Assembly (NCBI RefSeq): GCF_001194135.2
Contig: NC_069004.1
Span: 465,001 to 529,000, forward strand
Origin: Octopus bimaculoides
Taxonomy: Eukaryota
Reading direction: 5' to 3'
DNA: 64,000 nucleotides
Shown here: positions 13,535 through 26,283 of the stretch, piece after piece
Layout: each line of letters begins with the position of its first letter
How positions within the stretch are numbered: the first letter of the stretch is position 1
Notes under the pieces: model-generated
What the model was told of the DNA's origin: nothing
Database searches by the model: none
Seen by the model: the letters and a program-made list of their open reading frames with translations, nothing else
Program-made: the position numbers and the translations under genes

Positions 13535-16500
13535 CACACACACGGCTGCTATTTGTTCTAACATCCTTCAGAAAGTGCCAACAATTATTTCAACACCAAA
13601 GGAGGAATGACAACATTATTAAACAGGTTGCCTAAAGACCTAACCGATGACACAACAGTTTCCTCTGCAGCAATGACACTAAGTAACCTCATTGTCAACC
13701 GTGAGTAACCCCCTTTTTTCCTCACCTTAATCATCTCTTTTCTTTTTTCTCTTTTTACCTACTTAAACCAATCTCTACACCATGGCCATGCTGGGGCACC
13801 TCTTTCACATTTTGATATATTATCCTCACTACTTAGTGGCCACAACTATTTTATCATTTTTTTTTTTTCCATTCAATATTTGTCATATGCTTGTCTTTAT
13901 TTTTTGTTGTAAAGGGACTTAGCTCATAAGCCAATGTGCCATTTTGTGCAGGTTGTGTATTTACTGAGTGTATGTATGTAGTTGCATGTGTCTGTCTGTG
14001 TGTCAGTGTTTGCATCTCCTCTCGATAATCACTTGTCAATCAATCTGCTTCTTTGTGAGGGGCTGTTTGTGAATGTTTCACTTAGTCTTGACTGTAACGG
14101 GATATTTATTAAATACATAATATGTGAGATGCACATTTCAGCAAGCCTAGCAGCTGAAGATTCCAGGAAGTGTATCTTGTCACCTGCTTTAGACTATCTT
14201 TCTGGCAACGAGCTTTTCATTAACTCTCAGTGTCCCAGTCTATGTGGACACAAATGGGTACCACGAGAAGTGAGTACAGTGGAAGAAGCAATTGCTTGTC
14301 TTAAGAGACTAAAACGATGTTGTGTGCCAAAGACTTTGTGTTTTGTATCAATAATGACCAAGAAACCTTCACCAATTTCTGCATTCTTTGTGTTGTAGCC
14401 TCAAATGCTAAAGCTGCCCTCGAATATGGCATCATTAAAATTCTTTATGAAAATCTTCAGTTTCACTTTAATTACCAAGGAGCTGTAGCAGAACTTTTGG
14501 CTGTGTTTATACCACTGGCAACTTATGGTGAGTGTACAGAATTAATGGTGGTGGTGGTTGTCATGGCAGTGTGTGGGTGCTGATGGTGGCAACAGTGGCT
14601 GTCGTGGTGTGGTGTTGAAAGATGTAAGGTGGTGGTGTTGTAAGTGTGCTTATAGCTGTGAGACATTATGCTCATTAATCTTTCTCACTCTCTCTCACTC
14701 TGTCTCTCTCTCACTGTCTCACTCTCTGTCTCTCTCCTCTCCTCTTTCTTTCTTTCTGTAACCTGCAATAGTCTAGTTTAACACAAACAACCTAGCCACC
14801 TCAGTTTTCCACATAATGGTTACGATGATGATGAGGATGGTAGTAATGATGTAGTCTTGTAGGAGAAAATAGCAGTGATGGTGTTGTTCTCATCATTAAT
14901 TTCTTCCTCTCTCTCTCTCTTCTCTTCAGAATCTGCAATCTTCCAGTTCAACCAATGCCAATTACTCACGTTATTTGTGAACATAATGAACACCTATTGC
15001 TCTAATGATGCCATCGTTAAAAACTGTTGCATCATCCTCCGAGACGTCCTCAACAGTATCAGTATTTACGGTAAGAATAAGTCATTCCAGGGAGCAGAAG
15101 CCACAATGGTTGATTTAGAAACGGTAGGGAGATGACACCTCATGGCCATGAGCAAGAGATTGGGATGTAGCGGAAGGGGAATGGAATCATTGAAGTGCTA
15201 AAAGCAGGGACCTTGATTATTACATTCAGAAAAGGTAGAGAGATGCGATGTCGCGGTTGTGGGTGAGAAGTTGGTACCTTAGTGAATGCGAAACGAAACT
15301 GGTGAGTTCAGAGGAGAAGGACTGGTCGTGGAGAAAAGGTAGAGAGGTAAGTTATCTCAGCTTTGGACCAGTGGTCATTGTATACATATATATATATATG
15401 ACCAGTGGTCATTGTAAACATTTACTATCGCGTACACTGCTCCTCGAAGCTGTCCAGTTTCATTCCCCCTCCATTCAAGTAACGACCTCTGACCAACAGC
15501 TGTGATACTTCATCGCTCTACCATTTCTTCATCAATTATCATAGAAAGATGATTCATCACAGCCATGAGCAAAAGTTTGATACTTAAATTGTGAAGAATG
15601 AAAACAGCCAGTTTTGAAAAGGAAAAACTCCCATTGTAGATGTAGAAATGGTAGAGAAATAATGCAGTACGGCATTGAGCCAGAGTTGAGCAGATGAAGG
15701 GAAGGCACAAGAAACAAGCCAATTCCTATGAAATGAAACCTGGATTGTAGCTGTAGAATAGGTGGAGATGATGCATCATGACTGTGATCAAGAGGGGAGA
15801 GCAGCCAGTTCCGAGGAACAGGGGCCAGGAAAGGTAAAAAGATGAGGCATCATGATTGTGGGTCAGAGGTCAGCACTTGAGTGAAGAGGAAATGCCAACC
15901 TATTCAGTGGCGTAGAATCCACATAAGATGTATAAACGGTAGAGAGGTGAAACATCACGTGTGTGTATGTTTTTGTTTTTGTTTTTATTTCCTGCAGATG
16001 ATGGAATATTGGAATTAACTGAGACAAGAGCGGTATCAGCAATGGTTGGTGTGCTATACTCGAATACTGAGTCGATTGATGTGGTTATTGAATGCTGCAC
16101 AACTTTAGCAGCTCTTTGTAACATGAGCAGTAAGTAGCAGTCAAACACCATCTGTCTTTTTCTTTTTAATTCCGTATCATTATTAAAAATAGTTTGATTT
16201 GGCCTCAAGCAATTTAAAGTTTTGCAGGTTTTTTTTACAGGAACGTAGCTTGTCATGGCCAGGCAGCCGAATGTTACTTAGTAACCAATTTACTGATCCC
16301 ACCAAATATATATTTTGACATAATTTTCCATCAATTAGTTCATATTTTGAAATGCTTTTACTGAGGAAGGTCTTACGTAATAGGTACATTTCCTCTTATA
16401 TATTATGCAGACCTGAAACGTTTATATTAAATTATTTCAAAATATTACTATTGGGTTGACTTCTTTAATACAATACAATATATATATACACAAACATACA

Positions 16501-18228
16501 TACAACACATTATGTAGATAGGATTAATATCCAAGCTGTATCCTCTTGATGCTCATTTGCTTATTTCTGTATTCCAAATCCGTATGTAGATGTTATGTTT
16601 GTGTGGGGTAAGCATAAGCATTGAAAATACTGGAAAATATTTTCTGACGAGTAATATTATCAAAACAGGAGATTGGAAAAACTTATTGGCATTACATATG
16701 TTTCATTTGCTGATAGGAGTTACACAATTGTACACAGAGTAGAAAATATGTAAGATACCCCCTGTTAGAAATTCTCCAGACAGGGAATCAAATTATACAA
16801 AATTTACATTTGAATGAAGCATTTCTATATATAAATGTTTATCAATAAAACCAAAACATTTCCCAGTCTCCTGTTTAAGCACCAATGTGTGTAAGCATTT
16901 GATTACGGATGACATGTATATGCTTATGTTTGCAGAAGATTGCACCTATATGTTTCTTAGTGAGAAATTAGAAGATCAAGGTAAACCCATTTACGGACTA
17001 CAAGTTCTCATGAATATTTACGACATACATAAAAATTCGCCTTCATCTGTTATTGCAGCCATCTTCAGCTTGTTGTACGCTTTCTCCGAATACGGTAAGG
17101 TTCAGTTTTTAAACTCAGCTATATTTGTTGGCAGGTGAGACAGACAGGATGAAGTTCGTTTTAAAATGGAAGCATCATTAAAGGAACTACAGTCAATTTG
17201 TTCAACAAAACCTTCCAAGATGTTGCCCCAATGTGGATGCAGACCAATGACTGAAAGTGGCACTCAGTTACGACAATGAGGGTTCCAGTTGATCCAATCA
17301 ACGGAACAGCCTGCTCGTGAAATTAACATGCAAGTGGCTGAGTGCTTCACAGACGTGTTCCCTTAACGTAGTTCTCAGGGAGATTCCGCATGACACAGTG
17401 TGACAAAGCCGGTCCTTTGAAATACAGGTTGAACTTATTTTTGCCAGATGAGTGGACTGGAGCAATGTGAAGTAAAGTGTCTTGCCCAAGGACACAACAC
17501 GTTGCCAGAAACCAAACTCCTGGCCTAATGATCATGAGTCGAATACCATAACCACTTAGCCACACACCTTCACATAATGAGTGAAACGAGTAAAGAATAA
17601 AAGAAGATGACTGACAGACTTTTACTAAGTCACTGCTGACATAACTCACAGTCATTGAGACAAACAAACCACCGCAGCACAACACAAACTGGTGGACCAA
17701 CAATGCTACAATAAAAATAAGGGGTTCTACAATGAAATAAAAAGTGGTGCCATCTCTTCCAATGTGACTCTATGCATCGTTGTATTTGCAGATGAAGCTT
17801 GTAAAGATCTGATAAGTTACGAATATGAGCCGATGCTGAAATATTGTACAGCATACTTCAATTATAATGAGGTAAGGATAGCATACTTATGGACTATGGA
17901 CTCTTTCATGCATGTACACACATGCATAAATACACACACATACATATACATGCACACAAAATACATACATACACACATACATAGACACATGCACACACAC
18001 ACACATACATACAAACATTTCATTCCAAGACTATAGTAAAAGGCCCCTTGTCCAAGGTACCACGCATTGAGATTGAACCAGTATGTAAGAGGACAAGAAA
18101 TAAACTTTTTAAATATACACCCATGGTTGCGCTTATATCACAGGATTTTTATTTAATTCTAGAGAATTTCATTTTATGGACAGCAAATACTGAAAAGATT
18201 GAACAAAATTGAAGATATCTTGAAATAA
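1659..18228 (+). CDS. STKLD1: Serine/threonine kinase-like domain-containing protein (pseudokinase plus armadillo-type repeats), about 697-705 aa. Exons: 1659-1673 (tentative), 1822-1914, 2385-2429, 3889-3969, 5238(or 5250/5262)-5363, 6945-7015, 7601-7716, 8079-8293, 9366-9439, 10074-10147, 10595-10834, 11675-11739, 12042-12108, 13572-13700, 14399-14527, 14930-15070, 15998-16129, 16936-17094, 17792-17871, 18163-18228
   Basis: All exons have AG/GT ends and join in frame. Kinase motifs: [20 protein letters not shown] (human VECMDDHYASQALEE), HRSIQLSN, VDFG, WLAPE, DIWCLG, subdomain XI Arg (EERPT). These are followed by helical ARM-like exons matching the recalled human STKLD1 C-terminus ([20 protein letters not shown] vs [20 protein letters not shown]). 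The start exon has a weak donor and is less certain. Confidence 0.88.
3480..3670. mobile_element. Older inverted pair of the same Penelope-like terminal repeat family (STKLD1 intron 3)
   Basis: Flank gcaaaacaaggtgg...aataccaaaggtagag is homologous to the reverse complement of 55170-55220. A degenerate hammerhead (CTGACAA...GAAActctgaaTA) lies at about 3620-3659. Confidence 0.55.
6050..6440 (-). mobile_element. Penelope-like element ORF fragment (RT to GIY-YIG linker), frameshifted
   Basis: Minus-strand frames give [46 protein letters not shown] and [19 protein letters not shown]. These resemble the recalled Penelope motif IWFNPP..NIG..F..LI.KHFP....LHKIFN...SYSC.PN...IISSHN. Confidence 0.65.
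12440..13030 (-). mobile_element. Tc1-family transposase remnant, frameshifted, in a STKLD1 intron
   Basis: [34 protein letters not shown]...[12 protein letters not shown] (HTH region) and [28 protein letters not shown] (Tc1 TVKHGGGSVMVWG motif). Confidence 0.88.
15240..15720 (-). mobile_element. CR1-clan (Crack/Daphne-like) LINE 3' fragment
   Basis: [18 protein letters not shown] resembles LAHRRNVASLSLFYRYY.G; heavily decayed. A related piece probably lies at about 19060-19260. Confidence 0.45.
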
Positions 18229-18429
18229 AATGAATAATCATTTCCGAAAATGGCCATTTTTAACAGCGACACTGATGAAAATATTATTGAAAAAGATTTT
18301 TTATGAATTATATATCGTATAACTCAAATAAAATTGATTATCAATGTACTTACTTTCTAAAATAAAGTGGGAGATAATTTCTTAATTCTTGTTTGAAATG
18401 TGTCATCACCATCATCCTTGTTGTTGTCA

Positions 18430-18860
18430 TAGCTTAACGTTCTTTTTTCCATGCTGGCATAGGTTGGATGGTTCAAGAGGAACCAATGTATCAGATGACT
18501 GCTCCAAGATCCAGTGTCTGCTTTGGTATGGTTTCTACGGCTGGGTGCTCTTCCTAATACCAACCACTTATACCGCCTGACTGGCCTTGTAGGGTTTTCG
18601 AGCGAGATTGTTGCCAGTGCCCCTGGGCTGGCTCTTGTGCGGGTGGCACATAAAAGACACCATTTCGAGCGTGGCCGTTTTCGTGCGGGTGACACGTAAA
18701 AGCACCCACTACACTCTCTGAGTGGTTGGCGTTAGGAAGGGCATCCAGCTGTAGAAACTCTGCCAAATTAGATTGGAGCCTGGTGTTGCCATCCAGTTTC
18801 ACCAGTCCTCAGTCAAATCGTCCAACCCATGCTAGCATGGAAGGCGGACGTTAAACGATT
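18430..18860. mobile_element. Nested copies of the ggatgcccttcctaacgccaaccact SINE-like repeat
   Basis: The same motif recurs at about 3690-3830, 5780-5970, 9690-9900, 35080-35280, 41970-42120, 58735-58930 and 61020-61215, usually ending in (gat)n. Confidence 0.7.
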
Positions 18861-21800
18861 AACAGAGTGTCCGGGGTAGTTTTCCTTTTTTTTTTTTGTA
18901 GCTCTAGTGTTAGTGAGGTGACAAAGTATTCACAAGACAAGGCACCCCCCACCTCAACTGAGAGGGGTGTCGTATTGGAAGTGGTAAAAGTATGTTAGTG
19001 GGATAGCAAGAGATGTCTTGATGAAGAGGAGTGTAAGTGGGCAAGGTGCGATGTGAGGTGACAAGAATAGGTCTTTAGTACATCACACAGTTAATCCAAT
19101 AAAGTGCCGGAGGGAAAATGGTGTTGGATGAAATGAACAAGTCTGAACGTGGCTGCTGTGGTGCTCTCACTGGAATTGGTTGTGTCTTGTGTGGTCAGTG
19201 GCTTGACCTAAAAAGGTCTGGAACTGAAAGACCTCAAGGAGAAGAAGGTGAGTTTTTATAAGGAACTGTAGTCTCAAAAACTGGGTTGAGTACAGGCAAA
19301 GTCACGTGATTGTAATTATAGGCTCCGATTGGCTACCTGTGGCAAATATGAGACAAATTGCACCAATACCAACCAATCAGAGTAATGGACACAACAGGAT
19401 CCAAATAGTGGCCAAAGGCTAGCTGTTACCTGCTGCATTCGAATGCACGTTTATATATTATGTCTTTTCTTGTTGCTCCAATCTAGGCTGTAAACCGATT
19501 CCAGTTGGTTGCTGTTATGGCCCTCAGCTGCCAAAATCCTGAATGTTACTCAATTCAAGCGTGTGGAGACCAAGAGCAAAATAACGTCTGTACATCTAGT
19601 ATTAACGTATAGCAGTTCGCATTCCTTTTTTCCTAAAATTCGGATATCGATTAACCTTTCGAATTGTCCCTGTAATTTACTAAACAACGTACAATAAACA
19701 CAAGGTTTTAAAATCAATACGAATTCTAAATTAGCGATCTGAATAAATAAATTGTGTATAAGTTGAAAGCCTTACTAAGCTGCAGTATTCGTCTTCACTG
19801 CGCTATTCACATCTTTTATAGACATATAGTCTTAAAAACGCAGAAAAATATCAGCAACTGGCGAAGGTTGCTCAGCGGTGGTGGTCACTAATAATAAATT
19901 TCAGTAAGACTTGATGCGAATTTTATGGAAGAGGCAATAACTCCTGGGAATAAAGCATTATGAATGACAAGAGTAACTTCCCTTGAATATTCTCCCATAT
20001 TGTCAAAATGGAATTAAAAGATTTGATAATAAATTGTTTTATTTTATAATTCACTTAGATTCGTTGCTTATAGTTTTGTAACGGATCAATCACTGCTCCG
20101 CAGCGTTTTTCGATTATGCAACTTAAAAAGAAATGAATGAAAGTTGATGTAAGTGGGGCGAAAATATACGACGAAATTTTGGCTGAAATCACGACTTGGT
20201 TATTTTCCAGACTAAATTAATAATCTTTTGCCGATTTCCATCAGAGGAATGTAAAAACACAAACACATACGTATATTTGTATGTAGCTAGATTAGTCAAG
20301 GCCGGAATAGCTTCTCATCTGTTCAATCAAGGTCAACTTTCGGCTAAACAACAACACTTTGTTGTTGTTTTACGTGGGAGGAGAGATTTAGCCTTTTATT
20401 TATTTATTTACTTCTCTCCCCCAGATGAGGGCAATGTCTAATTTCTTGGTGCCAAAGTATTATCGAAAGGATTTGAGCATAAACTGCTCGACTTTGTAAC
20501 GTATACAAAGAGGGGAAGACACGGTTCGTTGATTGACTAAGAAACGAATTTTAAAATAAACTTGTACTTCGACCTTCCAACAGAGAAATCTAGAAATTCA
20601 ATGGCATTTTTTCTTAACAACAGTTCCTTCCTGTCTCTCATTGGTTTATATCGTAAGTGAAGACATCTGTTAAGAAAGAAACTTGTTCCTCTTTAACCAA
20701 GAGCCTAAAACAGAGATTTTGCATGATGTTAAATTATACCATTTCATTAGAAAACGGTAAGTGAAGGCTGATATTTTCAGTAGAACTCAACTGATGCTTC
20801 GAAACGATGCCTTACATATTCGTTCTTAATATATTCCGACAGATTCAAACGTGAATCAGCTGTTGTATTTTGTCACGCGATTACAACTTTTCCGTTCAGA
20901 CGATCGTATATCTTCATAACACTCTCGCTTCATTAGTTTATTATCTCAACATATTCCGTTTGTATTTATATTTATATTTTTATGTGTTCTAAAGGCGGCA
21001 ACTCTGCAGAATCGTTACTGCGCCAAATCAAGTTCAAATTCTGCCTTTCATCCGTTTGGTGTCGACGAAATAAGCACCAGTTAAAAACACCGGTGGTCAT
21101 CAATGTTGTCGACAAACCTTCTTCCCAGCCACACAAAATTTCAGGCATAGAAAGAATTTGTTCACTCTGTGCTTTATAATGTAAAGAATTTGTGTGCTCT
21201 AAACTGCTGTAATGAGTTGTTTATAAAGGTAATGAAGTTTTGAGTCGAAATCGACTCTAGGACTCGCTGCTCTAAATGGGGGTATTGAATATCAATAACT
21301 ACGATCTGAAAATTCTGATTGTTTTCATTCAAAGAACACACACGTGTAGATATATTTATATGCATACATGTGCATGTATGTACGGACGTATATATATATA
21401 TATATGTGTGTCATTGTTCAGTTTTATTTCAAGATTTCTTGCTAATAGAGAAAGAATCGGTTTCTTACCTAGATCCAAGGCTCCTTCATTGGAATTTCAA
21501 CATCAACAACGGGCTATTTTGGTTTGTATGTATGTAGTGTACCAACGTGGTCTGGGCTTTAAGTTTTGGCAAAACTCCACTGCTTCGTAGTTATGAGCTG
21601 GCCTTACGCAATGATGAGCACACAGGGTTAAATGCTTGGCGGCATTTCGTCCGTCGCTACGTTTTGAGTTCAAATTCATCCTTTCGGGGTCGATAAAATA
21701 AATACCGGTTGAGGACTGGGGTCAATGTAATCGACTATACCTCTCCCCCAAAATGTCAGGCCTTGTACCTACAGCAGAATGGATTATTATAATAACATGG

Positions 21801-21887
21801 CCGAGGCACGAAGCCACGTAGCGCCCTCTCCCGTTAGAATATCAAGTCCCTCCAGTTCGAGAATTTGTGTTATTTATTCTTCAGAGA

Positions 21888-23742
21888 ATGCAAGTATATT
21901 ATTACAAAGCGCCTCAGACAGGTGAAAAGAATATTAAAAAAAAAAAAAAAAAATTCTTTTGTGGACAAATTTTATCAAATGTTTTGAGACATTTTAGACA
22001 CTGCTACGATAGTTCTTCTGTGATGTCTGGCAAAATAGATGGCGTTCAAAGAAAGATTCAGGATAGACTTGAGAAATATATTACCTTATGTTCATTGTCT
22101 TAATCATCAGTTGCATCTTGTCGTAGTTAACACAATAAAGTGGATTCCGGAGTTAGCTACGTTGTCCGACACCGTTAATATTCTTCATAATTTTATTAAA
22201 AGGCCAAAGATATCAAATCTCTGCAAACGATTGAAATTGCCACGTCTTATGGGGCAGAGGTGGTGGGGGTCATTTCAGTACCGTTGCTTCTGTAATAGGA
22301 AATCACTCCAACATTGTTGGTTTGCAAAAACGTGTATCGAGGCAATTTTACATCAAGTTCGTTCCAAAAGGTTTGTTTTTCTAGCCCTTGTTCTTAGCGA
22401 ATTTCTGCATACAATTAGGCCAGTAGACAGCTTCAGTCCTGGCTACTCGACTTCGTTCGTTTCTCTTTGTGCTTTAGACTTTCGTAAGACCTATTCGGGG
22501 GTGAGGCAGCATTATGAAAGTTCTTTCGTGCACTTGTGCATCATTCAATCGAAGCACGGTGCTCTCACACCTGTTTCTTTATTCTTCCTTCTATTCAGTA
22601 CCCCACCCCACACCCCGGCTATCAAGATAGCCACCCACTTCCCCCCAGTTGCAATCGGCTGGCTACGTGCCTGACATGGCCTAAGGCTGCGAGCTGGCAG
22701 AATCGTTAGCACGCCGGGCGAAATGCTTAGCGGTATTTCGTCTGCCGTTACGTTCTGAGTTCAAATTCCGCCGAGGTCGACTTTGCCTTTCATCCTTTCG
22801 GGGTCGATAAATTAAGTACCAGTTACGCACTGGGGTCGATGTAATCGACTCAATCCGTTCGTCTGTCCTTGTTTGTTCCCTCTATGTTTAGCCCCTTGTG
22901 GGCAATAAAGAAATGAGAATCGTTAGCAGGCCGGATGAAATACTTTGCGGTATTTCGTCCGTCGCTACGTTCTGAGTTCAAATTCCGCCGACGTCGACTT
23001 TGCCTTTCATAAATTAAGTACCAGTCAAGTACTGTGATCGATTATCCCCTATAGTAGATGTGGTAATTATAACATGGCTAGATTATTTCAGTCACTTCTT
23101 TCTTGTTACTAGGTCGGTAGTGGTGCATGTCTTGTGATGAGTTTCTCTGATGGACGTAAATCTCCGCCTTTGCCCCTAATAAAGACTTTATAAACTTCTG
23201 ATCTGTGTATCTCTTCAGGTTTGAGGTATCCAGGTTGCAAATGAAAGAATAAGGCCAGACTGTGTTTGGCAGTGAGTAAGGTGGCAAAAAAGTCCTGTCT
23301 TCTCTCTGTACGTTGTTCTTCTTTTCCATTTAGTGTTATACAGTGGAAACGCACAAAACGCTGTGCCTATCGCACCCACCCGACGATGTCATTCTAAAAC
23401 ATAAACAATCACATCATAGAAATCTTGAAGCTAAGAGATAATGCATGGTTAATTCAAACAATATGAAACAATATGTCACTGAGTGCATTAAATGAATATA
23501 AGTCTTTGTGCAATTTCGAAATTTATCTATTTTCAGGTTACATGTACCAATTCCAGTTCGAGGCTTCGACGGTGATCCTCGTATTCGTTATAGTCGTTTG
23601 CACCTGCCTCTTCTTTATAACGTGTTGCTGTCAATTCCACACTTGGTGTTCAAGATGTCAACAACAAAAAGAGACAGTGAGACACACCAAGAACCTTCGT
23701 AAAAATTGTAGAAAACTCAAGAGAAAATGGAATATCTTCTGA
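21888..23742 (+). CDS. Putative 79-aa single-pass membrane protein with juxtamembrane Cys cluster and basic tail. Exons 21888-21921 and 23537-23742
   Basis: Exon 23537-23742 has a strong acceptor (tctattttcag) and encodes a hydrophobic helix STVILVFVIVVCTCLFFIT followed by CCCQFHTWCSRC and a K/R-rich tail. The upstream mini-exon (acceptor at 21884, donor CAG|gtgaaa) supplies an ATG in the matching phase 1. No family recognised. Confidence 0.45.
21950..22400 (+). mobile_element. hAT-superfamily transposase remnant
   Basis: CYDSSSVMSGKIDGVQRKIQ, then after a frameshift PYVHCLNHQLHLVV (CxxH motif), LHNFIKRP and LPRLMGQRW. Confidence 0.85.
22683..23030 (+). mobile_element. Tandem SINE copies (gagctggcagaatcgttagc family)
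   Basis: Head gcgagctggcagaatcgttagcacgccgggcg and core gcctttcatcctttcggggtcgataaa. Further copies at about 24430-24790, 39415-39970, 42560-43100, 49960-50110, 50330-51080 (-) and 61660-61880. Confidence 0.8.
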
Positions 23743-23769
23743 CAGCTGACAGATACATACATCCACCAT

Positions 23770-23800
<31 letters not shown>

Positions 23801-25898
23801 AATGAATTCTTTGAAATACCTATTTGTATGTATAAATGTAAAACTGAGTCCAAGCAAGAAGTCAATACTTAGAGTTATTTATTCTGAAATCATCAGACAG
23901 CTGATAATACTTGACACTTGCTTGCATATAGACTCTGATTTAAGCCAAAAAAAAATATAGCATGGATGATAGACTCCACACACACATTGGAATATCAATG
24001 TATAAAAGCATCATAAAATATTCATACAAAGCCCTTTGTGTAAATATATATATTTGCAGAATTATATAAAAATTAACAAATGGTCAACAGAAAAATGTCC
24101 TGTTGTCTTTTGTATATCTTTTACCTTTTACTGGTTTTGGCCATGCTGGGGCATCATCTTGAAAGGTTTGGCTGGACACATTGACCTGAGAACTTATTTC
24201 TTTTAAGCTTGGTATTTATTACATTGGTGTCCTTTGCTGAACTGCTAAGTTATGTTGGTGATGGGGTGGAGATAAACACATTGACACACACACACATATG
24301 TATATGCAGTAGTTAACTTCTTTGTCCCCTCAAAAGAATGCTGGCCTTGTGCCAAAGTGACAATAAAAGTGACAAGCTGACAAAACCATTATTGCAGACA
24401 GCATTTTTTCCAGCTCTTTATGTTCTCAGTCTAAATTCCACCGAAGTGGGTTTTCCATTCTTTCAGGGTGAATAAAATAAGTATCAATCAAGGGCTGGGG
24501 TCGATCTGACTGACTTTCCTTCCCCTCAAAAAATGATGGCCTTGTGCCAAAGTTAGAAAGAATTATTTCAAAGGTTGATTGTAGAACATCTTGGACAAAA
24601 TGCTTAGTGGCATTTTTTCCTGGTTCTTTCTTTTCTGAGTTTAATTGAAATTCCAGAGATAAATTTTGCCTTTCATTCTTTTGGGGGCAATAAAATAGAT
24701 ACCAGTCAAGTACTGGGGTTAATGTAATTGACTGACCCCCTAATTCCTAAAATTGCTGGCCTTGTGTCAAAATTAGAAACCAATAATTAAAAGAGATTAT
24801 TTTTGAAAGAAAAGACAAAATCATTTGTTACAAAAACATATTTATTTCAAAACATCATAAAAATTTCATTGTTTGGTGATGTTTTTTAATGAAGTAAAAA
24901 ATATAGAAATTTAATTAATAACCTGATATCAATTTACAAAATGAAATATCACATGAGACATTAACCATTATTTGATTGGAATGTTGTTGTTTTAAGTTGT
25001 GTCAGTTGTTCATCAAGATATGATGTGTAGCTGGGGGGGGGGGGGTAAAGAAGTTTGCTTTCTGAACATATGGTTCCAGGTTGGTTCACTGCATTGGCAC
25101 CTTGAGCAAGTGACTTGTACAATTGCCCCAGGATGATCAAAGCCTTGTACGTGGATGTGGTTGATAGAAACTGAAAGAAGCCTGCTTTGTGTGTGTGTGT
25201 TAACAATACATGGTAGTAGCAAATGAAGCAGTGTCATTTTTTTCCAATCTTCTGTGAGAACATGTCTGGCCATGGGGAAAATATTACTTTGTTTGGAAAC
25301 AGGTGAGGGTTGGCAACAGGAAGGGCACCCAGCTGTAGAAACATACGCATGAAATGAATTCCATCCAACCCATGCCAGCATGGGAAAAAGGATGTTAAAA
25401 TTGATGATGATTATAATAAAACTAATAACATTTATTCCTAAGTATACATGGAGGGGGTGTGCATGGAGGAACTGATACGGATAATTATGAGTGTGGACAT
25501 GAGGTAGAGCTGTACAGGGATATGAGTGTGTGTGTGTGTGTGTGTGTGCATGAAAGTACAAGTGTCACTGAGTGCTAGTAAATTTAGTCGTCAAATTAGT
25601 CATAATAGAATCATCATCATCGTTTAATGAGGTTATTTTAAGCTGTAAACATTGAATTGAAGTGGAACTCCTAGCAATACTTGACATTAATGTGCATGTG
25701 TGTGTGTGTGTGTGTGTGTGTACCATCATCATCATTATTATTTAACGATCACTTTTCTATGCTTGCATGGGTCAGATGGAATTTGTTAATGCCTTTCCTG
25801 TCACCAAGTTTCGTTTTGAAGCAAGGTAATATTCTTTCATGGCCAGACATATTTTTTATGAAAGACTGGAGATGAACAACCTTGCTTATATAACGATG

Positions 25899-25932
<34 letters not shown>

Positions 25933-25990
25933 ATTTTTATACTTGTATACTTGTATATTATGTATTAGATATGTATGGATAGATAGACAG

Positions 25991-26053
<63 letters not shown>

Positions 26054-26283
26054 TTATATATGAAAATATACATACATACACATACACATATAAACTGGAT
26101 CTTAAGTCCTCTAGATAAAAGTATGTTCCTTTTTTTACAAAACTCAAAGAATATAGTAGAATTTATTATACCGCTCCCACACATATACATGCACACACGC
26201 ACACACACACACATGCACAATTTACTCTTCTCTTATTTATATATATTCAGTTAGTCATTTATTCATCATCATCATCATCATCA

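Noticed and set aside
18265-18305. Second hammerhead candidate (CTGATGA...GAAA) in the STKLD1 3' region
   Set aside because: Stem I and stem II do not pair convincingly; probably a chance match in AT-rich DNA.
22039-22674. 211-aa ORF as a host gene
   Set aside because: Frameshifted hAT transposase remnant running into unrelated sequence and a SINE flank.
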